Source of the DNA: a virus
DNA: 64,000 bases
Virus record (IMG/VR): IMGVR_UViG_3300050821_006280
Coordinates: 32,001-96,000 of that record
Direction: 5' to 3' (one strand)
Shown: piece by piece, positions 8,826 through 19,056 of the stretch
Position numbering within the stretch: the stretch's first letter is position 1
Layout: each line of letters opens with the position of its first letter
Notes under the pieces: model-generated
The model's database searches: none
What the model saw: the letters and a program-made list of their open reading frames with translations, nothing else
Told to the model about the DNA's origin: nothing
Translations under genes and position numbers: made by a program

Positions 8826-10856
8826 TTACCCCGTGAGAAACGGCATAAAAAAGTTCGATGGCTCTACAATTTCGCGCTGTTGATCAACCATCGGATCTCC
8901 ATACTGAGAGATGCCTCTAACGATACCCATAGGTGCACCACGATATTTCGTCGTCAGAGAATACACGACGCCAGCGAGCGCATCGGACACGTCCTTAGAT
9001 CCGAGTCTCGGGTGATCGACCTTGTTCCGTATCCTGTCATGTTGCAGAGCGCGAAGTTCTTTGAGAACAGGCTCATATCTGTACATCATCAATCTATTTT
9101 CGTAGATAGCAGCCTTGAGTGTGTCATAGGCATCCATCGGCTTATCGACAGACACCCGTTCTGCTTCGATCCCTTGTGTTGTAAAAATCTGGAGAGACGC
9201 AGCCGAGTTATATTGATCCATAGAGAGATATCCGACCGCGAATCCGTGTTGCCTCATCTGATGGACCAGTCCTCTAACTTGCGCCTGATCGATTTCCCCG
9301 CCAATGGGCGGAATGATTCTCAACATCAGGTCGATCCAAATGATCGGAGCAGGCTCCGTATATGTCTCGCCAGTCTCCATGTTCCGTCGCTGAACATTTT
9401 TGAATCCCACCACGCAGCCACAGCAAAAACCAGTTGCGTCACTTGTAAGAGATGGGTCGATATGGACATGCCGCGTAGTGCCAGGATGGAATTTCGGAGC
9501 CCACCCATCGAATAATTCGGCCCCATCGCGTACCCTTACCTGGCTTGCAACCCGGTCCCACAGGAACTTGCCACTACCTTTCTGATCCCATTCCTCTACT
9601 GAAAATGGATGTTGATGTGGCGAATCGCTAAGCGAAAGACACTTTTCGAGAAGATCACGCTGCTGAATGAACGGGCTGATCGATACGGTTTCAACACCAG
9701 CAACGTCTCGAATGGACCCTTCTAGATCTGCCTCGAAGTCTTTGCGAAAGTCTTCTGGTACCGAGATGATGATGACACTGTCAAACTGACCGCTCTCCTT
9801 CAGCTTTTCACGGACTGGCTCGACTTCCTCGTCCTTCAAAATGCGTGATGGAACCGTCTCGTTACCGACCAATACGTGGAATGTCTTCTGCCCGTAAGCT
9901 TCCCGCTTTACGTCCCACATAGCGTAATCGCGGACAAAGACCTCGGGGTCATCCTTTGAGTCCCGAATCCTCTTCGCAGTAAAGTCTTCTTTCGTGCGCT
10001 TCGATGACACTACGATCATGAGGCCCGGCATACGGCCGCCTCTCATGAAGCGGGACTTCATACGTCGGACTAGCTGATCGTATAGCGCTTGTGCTTTATC
10101 TCTGTTGCCCCATCTTTCGTTTGCTGACGCTCCACGCTTGAGATTCTCGAAAAAGTTACCTTCGTCCATGATGCCGCCAAAGACGTTCAAACCCAGGGCA
10201 GCCGTATCAGTGGATGCTCGCGGAGCGACCCAGACGTTGTGCGGGAATCGAATTTCGCGTTTCGTTACCTCGAACGGGAAATTCTCCATAAAATATGGGG
10301 ACTGCTTGATTTTCGTGACAATATTCTCGAACACAACCTTCATCGCCAGCTGTTCACTGACGGAGATTGCGATCAGAGCAATGTTGGTGTCTTTAGCAAT
10401 ACCAAAGCTACGGTGTGGATCGCGAAGACAAGAGATCTCGTACAACACTCGGATCAATGCGATCGATGCAAAGAAGGTTTTTCCCCAACCGATCGATCCA
10501 GTGAGAATAGCCTCCCTGTAGCCACCATCAAAAAGCTCTTTAAGATCCTCGACTAACTGAGGATACAGGTTGTCGCATGTGGTGCCGAGGTAATAGGGGT
10601 CCTTGATGAAAGTCTCGATATCCACCATTGGGCGGAGGTATTCTCCGTCGCTGAGCGCATCGTAGATGCGAACTGGACCACCCCCGGTCTGAGCCTCAAT
10701 CGGACTTCGCATCGCAGGATCGCCCATCTCTCGAATCGTGAGAACAAGCGCCTCCTGCTCGGACGGAGATAGCTTCTGAAACTCCTTGAGAAGCATCGAA
10801 AGATACTCCTCGTTTGTCCTCTCAGAATGTACCCGGCCCCCTTTGTCCTTGATCAC
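8826..10856 (-). CDS. terL: Terminase large subunit
   Basis: Walker A ILTGSIGWGKT, Walker B GGIMDEG, nuclease motifs HVHIDPS and KVDHPRLGSKDVSDA. Confidence 0.93.
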   Translation of the reverse strand: MIKDKGGRVHSERTNEEYLSMLLKEFQKLSPSEQEALVLTIREMGDPAMRSPIEAQTGGGPVRIYDALSDGEYLRPMVDIETFIKDPYYLGTTCDNLYPQLVEDLKELFDGGYREAILTGSIGWGKTFFASIALIRVLYEISCLRDPHRSFGIAKDTNIALIAISVSEQLAMKVVFENIVTKIKQSPYFMENFPFEVTKREIRFPHNVWVAPRASTDTAALGLNVFGGIMDEGNFFENLKRGASANERWGNRDKAQALYDQLVRRMKSRFMRGGRMPGLMIVVSSKRTKEDFTAKRIRDSKDDPEVFVRDYAMWDVKREAYGQKTFHVLVGNETVPSRILKDEEVEPVREKLKESGQFDSVIIISVPEDFRKDFEADLEGSIRDVAGVETVSISPFIQQRDLLEKCLSLSDSPHQHPFSVEEWDQKGSGKFLWDRVASQVRVRDGAELFDGWAPKFHPGTTRHVHIDPSLTSDATGFCCGCVVGFKNVQRRNMETGETYTEPAPIIWIDLMLRIIPPIGGEIDQAQVRGLVHQMRQHGFAVGYLSMDQYNSAASLQIFTTQGIEAERVSVDKPMDAYDTLKAAIYENRLMMYRYEPVLKELRALQHDRIRNKVDHPRLGSKDVSDALAGVVYSLTTKYRGAPMGIVRGISQYGDPMVDQQREIVEPSNFFMPFLTG

Positions 10857-11632
10857 GGCGCACCAGGCGGCAACACCGGTGCAGATCCACCTTCGTTCTC
10901 GTTCCCCTCCGCATCGTCTATTGGCTTCGCATCGATCACGTCAGGTTGCTGAACGTCGCTAACTCTCCCCAGCACATCGACGACATCCAAGCTGGCCTTT
11001 GCTCCGAGCTGAAACAGACGCTCTGCAAGACCTAAGACCTTACGCCGCGAGTCTGGATCGGAAATGACCTTCCCAATGGAATCCTTGCCGTAACGCTCAG
11101 TAACTTCTGCGGCGACCTGGCCGGTGACTTCCATCGTTCCAAGCTGTCGTTTTACAAGCCCAAGGTCCATCTTCAGCTCAGCTGATTGCCGCAGGATCTT
11201 CATTGCAACGAAGACTTCTCTGCCCGTCGTCGCAAACAGCTTGCCCAGCTTTTTTTCGTTCTGAAAGTCGATCTGGATACGTTCTTCCTGAAGTTTGTAG
11301 AGCTTCTCTAGCTCATCCAGCTCGCTGATCCCGTCAGCTAGCTTTCTCGTAGCGTTACGAGCCACCAAAGAATTTGCCGAGACCATCGACAGCTCAGCTG
11401 CTGGAATCGTACCGCGGTAAGTATCAATGAGCTTCTTGATGTACGTGGCCGATAGGTCGGTCCACTCGCCAAACTCTTGCTGAATCGCCTTCGTCAAGGC
11501 TGGCGTCGTCCATCCAAGACGAAGCCTACGATCAATCTCGCTAAAACACTCAAGATCACCAAGCCGTCCCATCCCACCGCCGCCGCCACGGCTGATCGGA
11601 GTGATCCTTGGCTTTCTCGGCTCATCATTCAT
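10853..11632 (-). CDS. Putative terminase small subunit
   Basis: Helical 259-aa ORF with an N-terminal HTH-like segment, coupled to terL. Confidence 0.55.
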   Translation of the reverse strand: MNDEPRKPRITPISRGGGGGMGRLGDLECFSEIDRRLRLGWTTPALTKAIQQEFGEWTDLSATYIKKLIDTYRGTIPAAELSMVSANSLVARNATRKLADGISELDELEKLYKLQEERIQIDFQNEKKLGKLFATTGREVFVAMKILRQSAELKMDLGLVKRQLGTMEVTGQVAAEVTERYGKDSIGKVISDPDSRRKVLGLAERLFQLGAKASLDVVDVLGRVSDVQQPDVIDAKPIDDAEGNENEGGSAPVLPPGAP

Positions 11633-11755
11633 CAGGAATGTCCTTACCCGATATAAATCGATCGGGTTATATAGACAATCCTATATCAATAACGAGACTT
11701 ATCGCAACCTGGCGCTAGGTAGGGGAGATCTTCGACGCAAGTGTCTGCGCGGAAG

Positions 11756-13108
11756 CTACTGCTGGGGAGGCATATCATCCGCGGGCTGTTCTTGGATGAT
11801 CGAAAGAAAATCAAATCCTTCATCGCTGATTTGGCCAATCATCGCATTGACATATTCGATGATATTGACGTTCGTAGGGCCATCTGCACCATACCCTCGA
11901 CGCAGAGGTACAAGGACATTGGATACAAACTCGATCGGTCTCTCCAAAACAGAACGAGATTCCATCTGGAGGTATGCCATCCTTGCATAGAAACCTGCGA
12001 TGCCCTGAAGAGGGATATCCAGAGCCGCCAGGACACGTCCAGCATGGAGGGCAATGTCGTCGCTAAGAGCTTCGCATACTTGATCAAACGTTACGAGTGC
12101 CTCCTGGACGTTTATCGGCGAAAGACTCTCTAGCAAAAAAGGAAGATCCCACGAGCTTGCTGGCTGAGCTGACGCAGCCCTGTCCAGTCCTGAGTAATTC
12201 TTCCTGCCCCAGCCCTTAGCCCGTTGGTTCGCATAGGCCTCAGCTGTCATTCCAGGATGCGGAAACGATAGCTGAAGATTCGGAATCACTAAACGATCGG
12301 TATTCATGTTGTACATGTAACTACTGAGCGGGCGCTCTTGTACGCCGAGTACGAAATCGATTGCATAGGCGCGATAGATGCTGTGGCGCAGCCGATCGCT
12401 TGACCGCGCCCACCTCTCTTGGTCTGAGACTCCAAGAGTTCCCCAGTATTCAACAAAATCATCCGCATCCGTGGGACAGAGCTGGAGTATTGCTGCCATC
12501 CCTAAACGCTCATCAATTTCGATAGGAGAAGTGCGCAGCTGGCGAGCCATGCGTTCACGAACCGCATCCGAAATAAGCGGGACGGGATCGATATCCCTCA
12601 CCACCAGTGGTGGTACTAGATCTTCGGACCCGAGGGCCTTTACAACCTCGTATGCAGCCTGCTCGCGACGTAGCAAGGCATAGTCTTCATCGAGCTGGTA
12701 CTCCTCACCCCACCGCTTCTGAAGGCCGTCTGATGGGTCCTCGAACTTGAGCCAACAGCTTCTGAGAGCTTCCCCGAGCCGCACGCGTGCCCAGAAGACA
12801 CCACCAGAGCCATCTAGCACCCTCTCTTCGACAAGCTCGATAGGAGCCTCTAGAAGCATCTCCCAGAGATCAGCCTCCGGCTGATTCCACGGAGGTGCTC
12901 CTGCGTCGCCATCGAACCGAACAGCTGGGAAAAGAACCATACCCGTGTGCGGCGAAATCGTTGGGTGCTCCGGTAGCTCAACTATGCCCTCCGCAGGAGG
13001 TTCCTGGCTTTGAGCTTCGATCTCGGTTGGGATTGGAGCTGGCGGGGAGTGGCTGAGAGTGCCGAAGACGTTGCTCAGCTCAGACAGCGGTCTCTTGCTC
13101 TGCGACAA
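11756..13108 (-). CDS. PI3/4-kinase/HipA-like fold protein K3, probably a pseudokinase
   Basis: CWLKFE, RREQAAYEV, LVPPLVVRD and AIDFVLGVQER; catalytic Asp and DxG/DN motifs are degenerate; paralog of 14880..16559. Confidence 0.7.
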   Translation of the reverse strand: MSQSKRPLSELSNVFGTLSHSPPAPIPTEIEAQSQEPPAEGIVELPEHPTISPHTGMVLFPAVRFDGDAGAPPWNQPEADLWEMLLEAPIELVEERVLDGSGGVFWARVRLGEALRSCWLKFEDPSDGLQKRWGEEYQLDEDYALLRREQAAYEVVKALGSEDLVPPLVVRDIDPVPLISDAVRERMARQLRTSPIEIDERLGMAAILQLCPTDADDFVEYWGTLGVSDQERWARSSDRLRHSIYRAYAIDFVLGVQERPLSSYMYNMNTDRLVIPNLQLSFPHPGMTAEAYANQRAKGWGRKNYSGLDRAASAQPASSWDLPFLLESLSPINVQEALVTFDQVCEALSDDIALHAGRVLAALDIPLQGIAGFYARMAYLQMESRSVLERPIEFVSNVLVPLRRGYGADGPTNVNIIEYVNAMIGQISDEGFDFLSIIQEQPADDMPPQQ

Positions 13109-13379
13109 GTTCAGCCTCCGGGAGAAGTTCGATCAGTTCCGACGACTTCCCAAGGTACTTGAAAGCGGTGCGCACGTCATTCACCTGAGCAACGTACAAA
13201 GGGTTCATCGACGACCGAAGATCGTCATGAGCCGCCTGGAGAGAATCATATGGCAGCTCCTCCTGCGCGATCTTCCCGTCCGACATCAACCGCCTAACAG
13301 CGACCATCCCTTCGTCGTCGATGTAATAGACAGCCGAAACCTTTGAAAAATCCCCTGAATATCCAAACATCACCGTCAT
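13080..13379 (-). CDS. Small partner protein A3 of the kinase cassette
   Basis: 99-aa ORF overlapping the K3 start; GGAG RBS and TATAAT upstream. Confidence 0.6.
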   Translation of the reverse strand: MTVMFGYSGDFSKVSAVYYIDDEGMVAVRRLMSDGKIAQEELPYDSLQAAHDDLRSSMNPLYVAQVNDVRTAFKYLGKSSELIELLPEAELVAEQETAV

Positions 13380-13425
13380 CTGTTACCAGTCTCCTGGCCT
13401 ATTATACGAACGATAATCACACGGA

Positions 13426-14637
13426 TTACCGGCTTTGGTTCCCATGATCTGTCTGTGTTGCATCGTTCTGCCGGAATCTATCTGGTTGATTTATTGCGCG
13501 ATTGGCAAGCGTGCCTTCCAATCCATGAGTTAAAAGCTCATGCGCATTTCGTTGGATCAACGAGGCGTCATCGGGATGGATGCCATGTTGCCCAAAATGC
13601 TCTCCACGCACGTAGGAGTGTAGTTGAGCTTGGACCTCGGGAGGGAAATTCGTCCCCCACTGCATCCCGTTCTTGTCATACGCCAGCTTTCCCCCTGGCA
13701 AGAAGTGAGAACGGACGCTCTCCTTGCCATGCATCTCTCTCCACGCACGCTGCGCATGCGATTCGCCGCCGATATCGTTGTCGAAGAGAACTGGGTGCAC
13801 CTTCCCATTCTGTCCGCGGGACAAACGAATATTCCCACCGTGACCATCTGTCTGACTGTGAAGAACATGAGCGACGGCGCCGATCATTCGATGCTGATCA
13901 TCAACCGCATCAATATCCCCCTGGCTCGAATGAGAGAGATTTTCGCCTGGAGAAAATTCGACAACATGCGCCGGCTGGCCTGCATGCGACCTTGCCATCT
14001 TCAACTGCTTTTCAGGCGTATCACTCTCGTCGGGATATGGGTGGCGCTTCGTCAACTGTCCGTGACCATGAAACGTACCGACGAAATTCGGCGTACCCAT
14101 GTGATGAGCACCGACCGCAGATAGGAAGTCATAGAGATGGGCGTTCTTAGCCCCGATTCTCTCGGGCTGATGAGTTGGATCAATCGTGGCCAACGGCTTC
14201 AAGATGGCCTGGTGACCGTTGCTCATTCGGGAATGAAAAACAGCATTCCGTGAGTCACCGAGATGTCGGACATTTTCAGCACTGGCTTGCTGATCGTTAT
14301 ATCGCTCCATGTGCTGCTGCTGGCGGATATGGCCATGCGGCAAATCTGGGCGCGTCTGCTGTGCAAGCGTCGGCTGCCCCGTGTCATGAGCCATAAATGG
14401 CTGTCGGACAGGCTGAATAGGTGATGCCATAGGCTCAACAGCAGGCGCTCCTCCCGGAACTCCCGTCGCAATTGCCTTCTTCCTAGCCTTTGGAGCCGCG
14501 GCATTTGTTCTAAAATCCGCCATTGGCGGTGCTGGCGCCTTTGGCTCTTTCCTTGGCATGTCCCGCAAATAGGAGAGATCTGGTGTTTCCTCGAACAATG
14601 CCGATACAGGCATTAGCGGCAACTTAGGCGCGCGCAT
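13426..14637 (-). CDS. PI3/4-kinase/HipA-like kinase K2 with intact-looking catalytic motifs
   Basis: AILKP, catalytic loop QTDGHGGNIRL, metal-binding VLFDND. Confidence 0.7.
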   Translation of the reverse strand: MRAPKLPLMPVSALFEETPDLSYLRDMPRKEPKAPAPPMADFRTNAAAPKARKKAIATGVPGGAPAVEPMASPIQPVRQPFMAHDTGQPTLAQQTRPDLPHGHIRQQQHMERYNDQQASAENVRHLGDSRNAVFHSRMSNGHQAILKPLATIDPTHQPERIGAKNAHLYDFLSAVGAHHMGTPNFVGTFHGHGQLTKRHPYPDESDTPEKQLKMARSHAGQPAHVVEFSPGENLSHSSQGDIDAVDDQHRMIGAVAHVLHSQTDGHGGNIRLSRGQNGKVHPVLFDNDIGGESHAQRAWREMHGKESVRSHFLPGGKLAYDKNGMQWGTNFPPEVQAQLHSYVRGEHFGQHGIHPDDASLIQRNAHELLTHGLEGTLANRAINQPDRFRQNDATQTDHGNQSR

Positions 14638-14896
14638 ACCCCATAACCTCGACGGACACACCAGGGCAGCAAGCCAGTTTTTGGCGTAGTAGCTCTAGTG
14701 GGGAGACAAGCATCTCCCTGGCCTTAATCTCTAGATCTTCTTGCGAAGGTACCAGCAACCCTTCCCAGACGCTGGATACAGCAATCTTGCCATCGAGCGT
14801 CTGCCAAGCATCGCAACCTTGATCCAGTATCATCTCGCCTCTGACGAGCTTCGCCCTGAATATACGAAGGCGTCTCGTATCACTGATCGCTGGCAT
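14624..14896 (-). CDS. Small partner protein A2 (paralog of A1)
   Basis: DAWQTLDGKI...SPLELLRQKLA aligns with A1 DAWQDDAGQI...SPLAILEKRLA. Confidence 0.65.
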   Translation of the reverse strand: MPAISDTRRLRIFRAKLVRGEMILDQGCDAWQTLDGKIAVSSVWEGLLVPSQEDLEIKAREMLVSPLELLRQKLACCPGVSVEVMGYARA

Positions 14897-16559
14897 CTTC
14901 TTCCTTGTCTTCCGCACGCATTTCAGCTGAGAAGTCGAACGTTCGGCCTACCACGTTCGACATCACCTCGTTCACATAGTCCTCAACTTCCATGAACTCA
15001 GCTTCAATCGGCGTTGGATCTATGCTTTCTGCCAGGGCGGTAAAGTAGTCGAGCACCAAGAATGGATTCCTCGCGAGCTGCTGGTGATGAGTCCACAGCA
15101 TCCCGACACGAGCAAGCATGCCAGCAATGCTCAGCAATGGAATCTGATGTTCCATAAGCGACCGCACAAGCTCTGGCGATCGGTCATTACGGAGGTGACG
15201 GACAGCTGTTACAGCGATCTCCTCATAGTCACGAAGCTCTTGGTCACCACCACGAGTAGCAACCATCATCACCGGATCGCTCCATAAGAGCGGAAACGCA
15301 TTGGCCTCCACTGGTGGATCAAGATAGGTCTGACCATACTTCGATCGCAGAAGCACAAGACCATGCGGATTGGGCAGCGACAGCTCGTTGTCTCTCAAGA
15401 CAATGGCATGTCGATTATTGATCCCACCTCCCCACCCAATGCTGCCGAATGTTCGATCTCCAGTCCAAAGGATGAAATCGAATACAGCAGCCCGCAAAAT
15501 CGCCATGCGTCGTTCTGTCGGCATCACTTCAAAAAGACGATTCAGAGCGTCGTTTTCTACCCCTTCTGGCTCCTCGAATAATTCATGGAACCACTTTTCT
15601 CCATCTATGCCATGAATTCCATCTACATAGAACTGCACAGCGGCATAGCCCTGGAGATGGCGGCGAATCTTGTCAGGCTGATCGCCAACCACACGAGAAA
15701 TTGACTCCTCGAAGCGTTGCTTCCTCTCGATCAGCTCGTCAGACATAATGGCATCGAGACCACCGAACTCATCATGACGGAGCACTGTCGGTGGCACGAT
15801 ATCGTCAAATCCAGATGCCTTGGCGATCTCATACGCTGCTGCGGCCCGACGAGCAAAACCACCTTCTTTTTGCTCAGCGTCATACAGGTCACCCCAGACA
15901 TCATAAAGGTACGGGTCGTTGAGACCTTCGATCTTCAGATATCCTTTATGGATGTACCCATCACCACCTTCGATCTTGACGAGCATACAACCCGTTGAGC
16001 TGCCAGCCACCCGGAACTGAGTCATCCTTCCCGTACGTAGCCGTCCAACTAATTCTGGCTCTGTAACGCCCCACAGCATCTGCTCGCCAGCAGTTACAGT
16101 GTTTGCAGGGACGTACATCGACAGCGGATTCGTTGCCCGCGCCGTCTTGTTATTTACATCGTAGCGACGACGGACCTCCGGCGGGACTGGGTCTTCTGCG
16201 TCTTTGCCGTCACCAAGCTCCCAGGCTAGGTCCAAAACCTTCACGCTCACGCGAGATGGTAGAGGCGCTTGAATCTGCTCCTGAGGAGACTGCGCAGCTG
16301 CTTGGTCAGAGGCAATCTGATCTGCCGGCTGTGGTTCCTCGTCAGGAACCTGTGACTGTTGAGTTGCTGGCCCACTCGCCGCCGGAAGCTCATGTTCCTT
16401 CCGTTGAGCATAACGATCGCCGGGAGCAGCCTTCTTCACGTGGAATGACTGCTCATACTCATACGTCTTGCCGTCAGGTCCCTTGCGCTTCAGCTTGCGA
16501 ATGACACGGTGAAGCCCTGCGGCCAGATCCTCAGACACCACCTTCTCACTCTGGCTCAT
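14880..16559 (-). CDS. PI3/4-kinase/HipA-like fold protein K1
   Basis: KGYLKIEG, RRAAAAYEIAK, IVPPTVLRH, AVFDFILWTGDR and IVLRDNELS; ATG at 16559 (MSQSEK). Confidence 0.75.
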   Translation of the reverse strand: MSQSEKVVSEDLAAGLHRVIRKLKRKGPDGKTYEYEQSFHVKKAAPGDRYAQRKEHELPAASGPATQQSQVPDEEPQPADQIASDQAAAQSPQEQIQAPLPSRVSVKVLDLAWELGDGKDAEDPVPPEVRRRYDVNNKTARATNPLSMYVPANTVTAGEQMLWGVTEPELVGRLRTGRMTQFRVAGSSTGCMLVKIEGGDGYIHKGYLKIEGLNDPYLYDVWGDLYDAEQKEGGFARRAAAAYEIAKASGFDDIVPPTVLRHDEFGGLDAIMSDELIERKQRFEESISRVVGDQPDKIRRHLQGYAAVQFYVDGIHGIDGEKWFHELFEEPEGVENDALNRLFEVMPTERRMAILRAAVFDFILWTGDRTFGSIGWGGGINNRHAIVLRDNELSLPNPHGLVLLRSKYGQTYLDPPVEANAFPLLWSDPVMMVATRGGDQELRDYEEIAVTAVRHLRNDRSPELVRSLMEHQIPLLSIAGMLARVGMLWTHHQQLARNPFLVLDYFTALAESIDPTPIEAEFMEVEDYVNEVMSNVVGRTFDFSAEMRAEDKEEDASDQ

Positions 16560-17016
16560 TTTCGCCTTCCAGAAGTTCCGTCCTGAACCAGCTTGCACGA
16601 GCCAATCGCTTCTCCAAGATTGCCAATGGAGAAAGATCCCTGGCCAGTGACGCATTCAAATATCGCTGCTTTGCTTGGGGCTCAAATAGCATCACAGCAA
16701 CCATCCCAGAGCCCTGGATCTGGCCAGCGTCATCCTGCCATGCGTCACCAAGGGGTGCTTCACCGGGCTCGTAATCTGGCCGGAGAGCGTAGACCATCAG
16801 GTGTCGACTATCGCCTACTGCCTGATCTTCTGTTGGTCCCGAATATTCATCCGGCTCTTGTTCCTCATCGGGCACGCTTTGCGGCTCTTGAGGCTGTTCC
16901 GATTGGTCTTGATCCTCTGGAGGCAAATCCTCAGGACCAGGCTCTTGCGGCGTGTCTGCCATTGCAGGATCCTGAGCTTCCCCCGAAGAATCAGCCGGCG
17001 CATCCATGTTAGCCAT
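16546..17016 (-). CDS. Small partner protein A1 with an acidic N-terminal extension
   Basis: Paralogy with A2; overlaps the K1 start. Confidence 0.65.
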   Translation of the reverse strand: MANMDAPADSSGEAQDPAMADTPQEPGPEDLPPEDQDQSEQPQEPQSVPDEEQEPDEYSGPTEDQAVGDSRHLMVYALRPDYEPGEAPLGDAWQDDAGQIQGSGMVAVMLFEPQAKQRYLNASLARDLSPLAILEKRLARASWFRTELLEGENEPE

Positions 17017-17871
17017 TTACGCCCTCGCTGCGCCTGTCTTTCCGTTCGCCTTCTTCTCATCGAACGAATCAGCTGCCTTCTGAATCGCTTCTCCAATCAA
17101 TTCATTGATATCGACATTCGCCGTTCGGCACTTAGTCATGATCTTCTTCATTGCATCATGAACTTTCTTGGACATGGCGATATAGGTGTGTTCCTTGCCG
17201 CCCCATGCAAAGACCATGAAGTTGAACCTGATTGAATCCCCATGCTCCTGGAAGAGGTGCTGAATGATACGCTCCAGGTCATTGATGGTACGGGCTTCCT
17301 TGGCTTGTGCCTCAAACTGCTGAGCCATCTCAGGGGGAAGCGTCGCCTTCATCTCTTTCGAGATTTGCTTGATGATCTTCTTCAGCGGCGCATCGCTGGT
17401 ATATCCCATCATTCCAGCGACTTTATCCTTCCCGTACTTGTCCGCCATCTCTGTGTAGAGTTTGGCCATTTTTTCCGGGTTCATCTCGCCATGGATGATA
17501 TTGAGACGCAGGTTCTGGAGTTTTTGATAGTCGAGATCCTTCCACTTCGCGTTCTTGGGGACATCGACTGGAATCTTTTTTAGACCCAGCTCCTTAGCAG
17601 CCTGCCAACGATGATGTCCGCCGATGATGATGTGATGTTCCCCATCCTCGTGAGGGACAGCGATAACTGGATCGATGAAACCGCATTCTGCGATGTTATC
17701 TTTGAGCTTCGCATACTTATCTGGCTTCATTTCATTTGGGTTATATTCCGTAGGGATCAGCTCATCTGGAGAGAGAATGATCCTGTAAGTATCCAGAAGA
17801 TCCTCTGCCTTGATCTCTGCTTCCCCGTTCTCGTCTCCCGCGGCGCGCTTTTGGTCATCCTGCTTATTCAT
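17017..17871 (-). CDS. ParB/Srx N-terminal domain protein
   Basis: YNPNEM, GFIDPVIAVP, IIGGHHRWQAAKELG. Confidence 0.85.
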   Translation of the reverse strand: MNKQDDQKRAAGDENGEAEIKAEDLLDTYRIILSPDELIPTEYNPNEMKPDKYAKLKDNIAECGFIDPVIAVPHEDGEHHIIIGGHHRWQAAKELGLKKIPVDVPKNAKWKDLDYQKLQNLRLNIIHGEMNPEKMAKLYTEMADKYGKDKVAGMMGYTSDAPLKKIIKQISKEMKATLPPEMAQQFEAQAKEARTINDLERIIQHLFQEHGDSIRFNFMVFAWGGKEHTYIAMSKKVHDAMKKIMTKCRTANVDINELIGEAIQKAADSFDEKKANGKTGAARA

Positions 17872-18088
17872 CCAACACCTCGACGATCGATGTAAGACGA
17901 TTCGCCGCTAGCATCAGCTCGCCGCGCAGCTGCATCTCGAAGACCTCCGCATCCAAGTCATTGGCCGGAAGATCTTCGCCGGGGATTCCCTCTTCAAGTC
18001 TCTCTTTCCATTTGGAAATGATGTCAAGGATCTGTGACATCTCTGATCGAAGGGTCTCCGCCCGCAGCTTCATCGCCATGACGGCCAT
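17864..18088 (-). CDS. Hypothetical protein
   Basis: Short ORF overlapping the parB-like start. Confidence 0.5.
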   Translation of the reverse strand: MAVMAMKLRAETLRSEMSQILDIISKWKERLEEGIPGEDLPANDLDAEVFEMQLRGELMLAANRLTSIVEVLDE

Positions 18089-18138
18089 CCTATCCCAAAA
18101 TCTGATCGCTGTTGTCCAGTAAAGAGAAATCGTCGGTA

Positions 18139-18939
18139 TTACTTGGCGATTTCTCCCACGCTAACAAACAAGATCGGTTCTTCGATGTGGATTTCTACGA
18201 CTTCAGAAGTATCCGAAGATATCGTTCTCCAGATATCCTCGGTCAAAAGCACTGGTCGATTTTTGGAAAATGCAGCAACGATCCAAGACCTGGTATGACG
18301 ACGACGATCCCAACAGCGCTTGCACAGCCCATCTCCAGAATGCCGCTCGCGCTCGCCAGTGCCACTAGCACTGCACTGAATGCACCTGTCGATGTCGTAT
18401 TGGCGAGACCACTTCCTCTTCTCGTTCTTTAGATACTCGATGATTTCATGAACCTGGTCATCGGTAATCATGTACTTCCGTAGGCCATAGCGTTTCCAGG
18501 TCTGACCTATCGCATCGCGCGCCCGACGAATCTGACGCCAGTCATAACCAGTTTCTCGCTCGATACGACCACGTGTAAATGTCCCCTGCGTCGGTGAGAA
18601 CCCAAGTTCATAACAACGACGTTCGATTGCTACGCGGTTCCGCCGAGGAAGAAGATCCATCAATTCAAAAATCGACAGATGCCCAACATTCTTGACAAGT
18701 ACTAGATCTTCCTCTCGGCTCCACGGATAGGTTACACGCCCTGGCCTACAACCGGCGCGACGACCCTTTTCCTCTCTCAGCTTGAGAACACTTGCTTTGA
18801 ACCGAACCACGGACACGGTCTTGTTCAACGCCTTGGCCACGTCGGCATCACGCATCGTGCCCCATAGCTCTCTAAGCTTGGTCAGCTCATCCTCCGTCCA
18901 GGTGCTGCGCCTACCAGAAGCCCGGAGTTTGAATCTCAT
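18139..18939 (-). CDS. DNA-binding protein with two Myb/SANT-like repeats and a C-terminal Zn finger
   Basis: WTEDELTKLRELW and WSREEDLVLVKN repeats; CIQC...H.GDGLCKRC. Confidence 0.65.
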   Translation of the reverse strand: MRFKLRASGRRSTWTEDELTKLRELWGTMRDADVAKALNKTVSVVRFKASVLKLREEKGRRAGCRPGRVTYPWSREEDLVLVKNVGHLSIFELMDLLPRRNRVAIERRCYELGFSPTQGTFTRGRIERETGYDWRQIRRARDAIGQTWKRYGLRKYMITDDQVHEIIEYLKNEKRKWSRQYDIDRCIQCSASGTGERERHSGDGLCKRCWDRRRHTRSWIVAAFSKNRPVLLTEDIWRTISSDTSEVVEIHIEEPILFVSVGEIAK

Positions 18940-19056
18940 CTTGTCGCCGATCCTATACCAGCATATCGGTGAGCGCAAATACTAGCGTATCGCCGTTAAA
19001 CTACCACGGACGAACTTCTGATCGTTTTATCTGTAAAAGAGGAAGGGTTGTGGTGA

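Noticed and set aside
11633-11755. Palindromic AT-rich gap upstream of terS as a packaging (pac/cos) site
   Set aside because: Short inverted repeats exist but cannot be distinguished from promoter or operator elements without read-terminus data.
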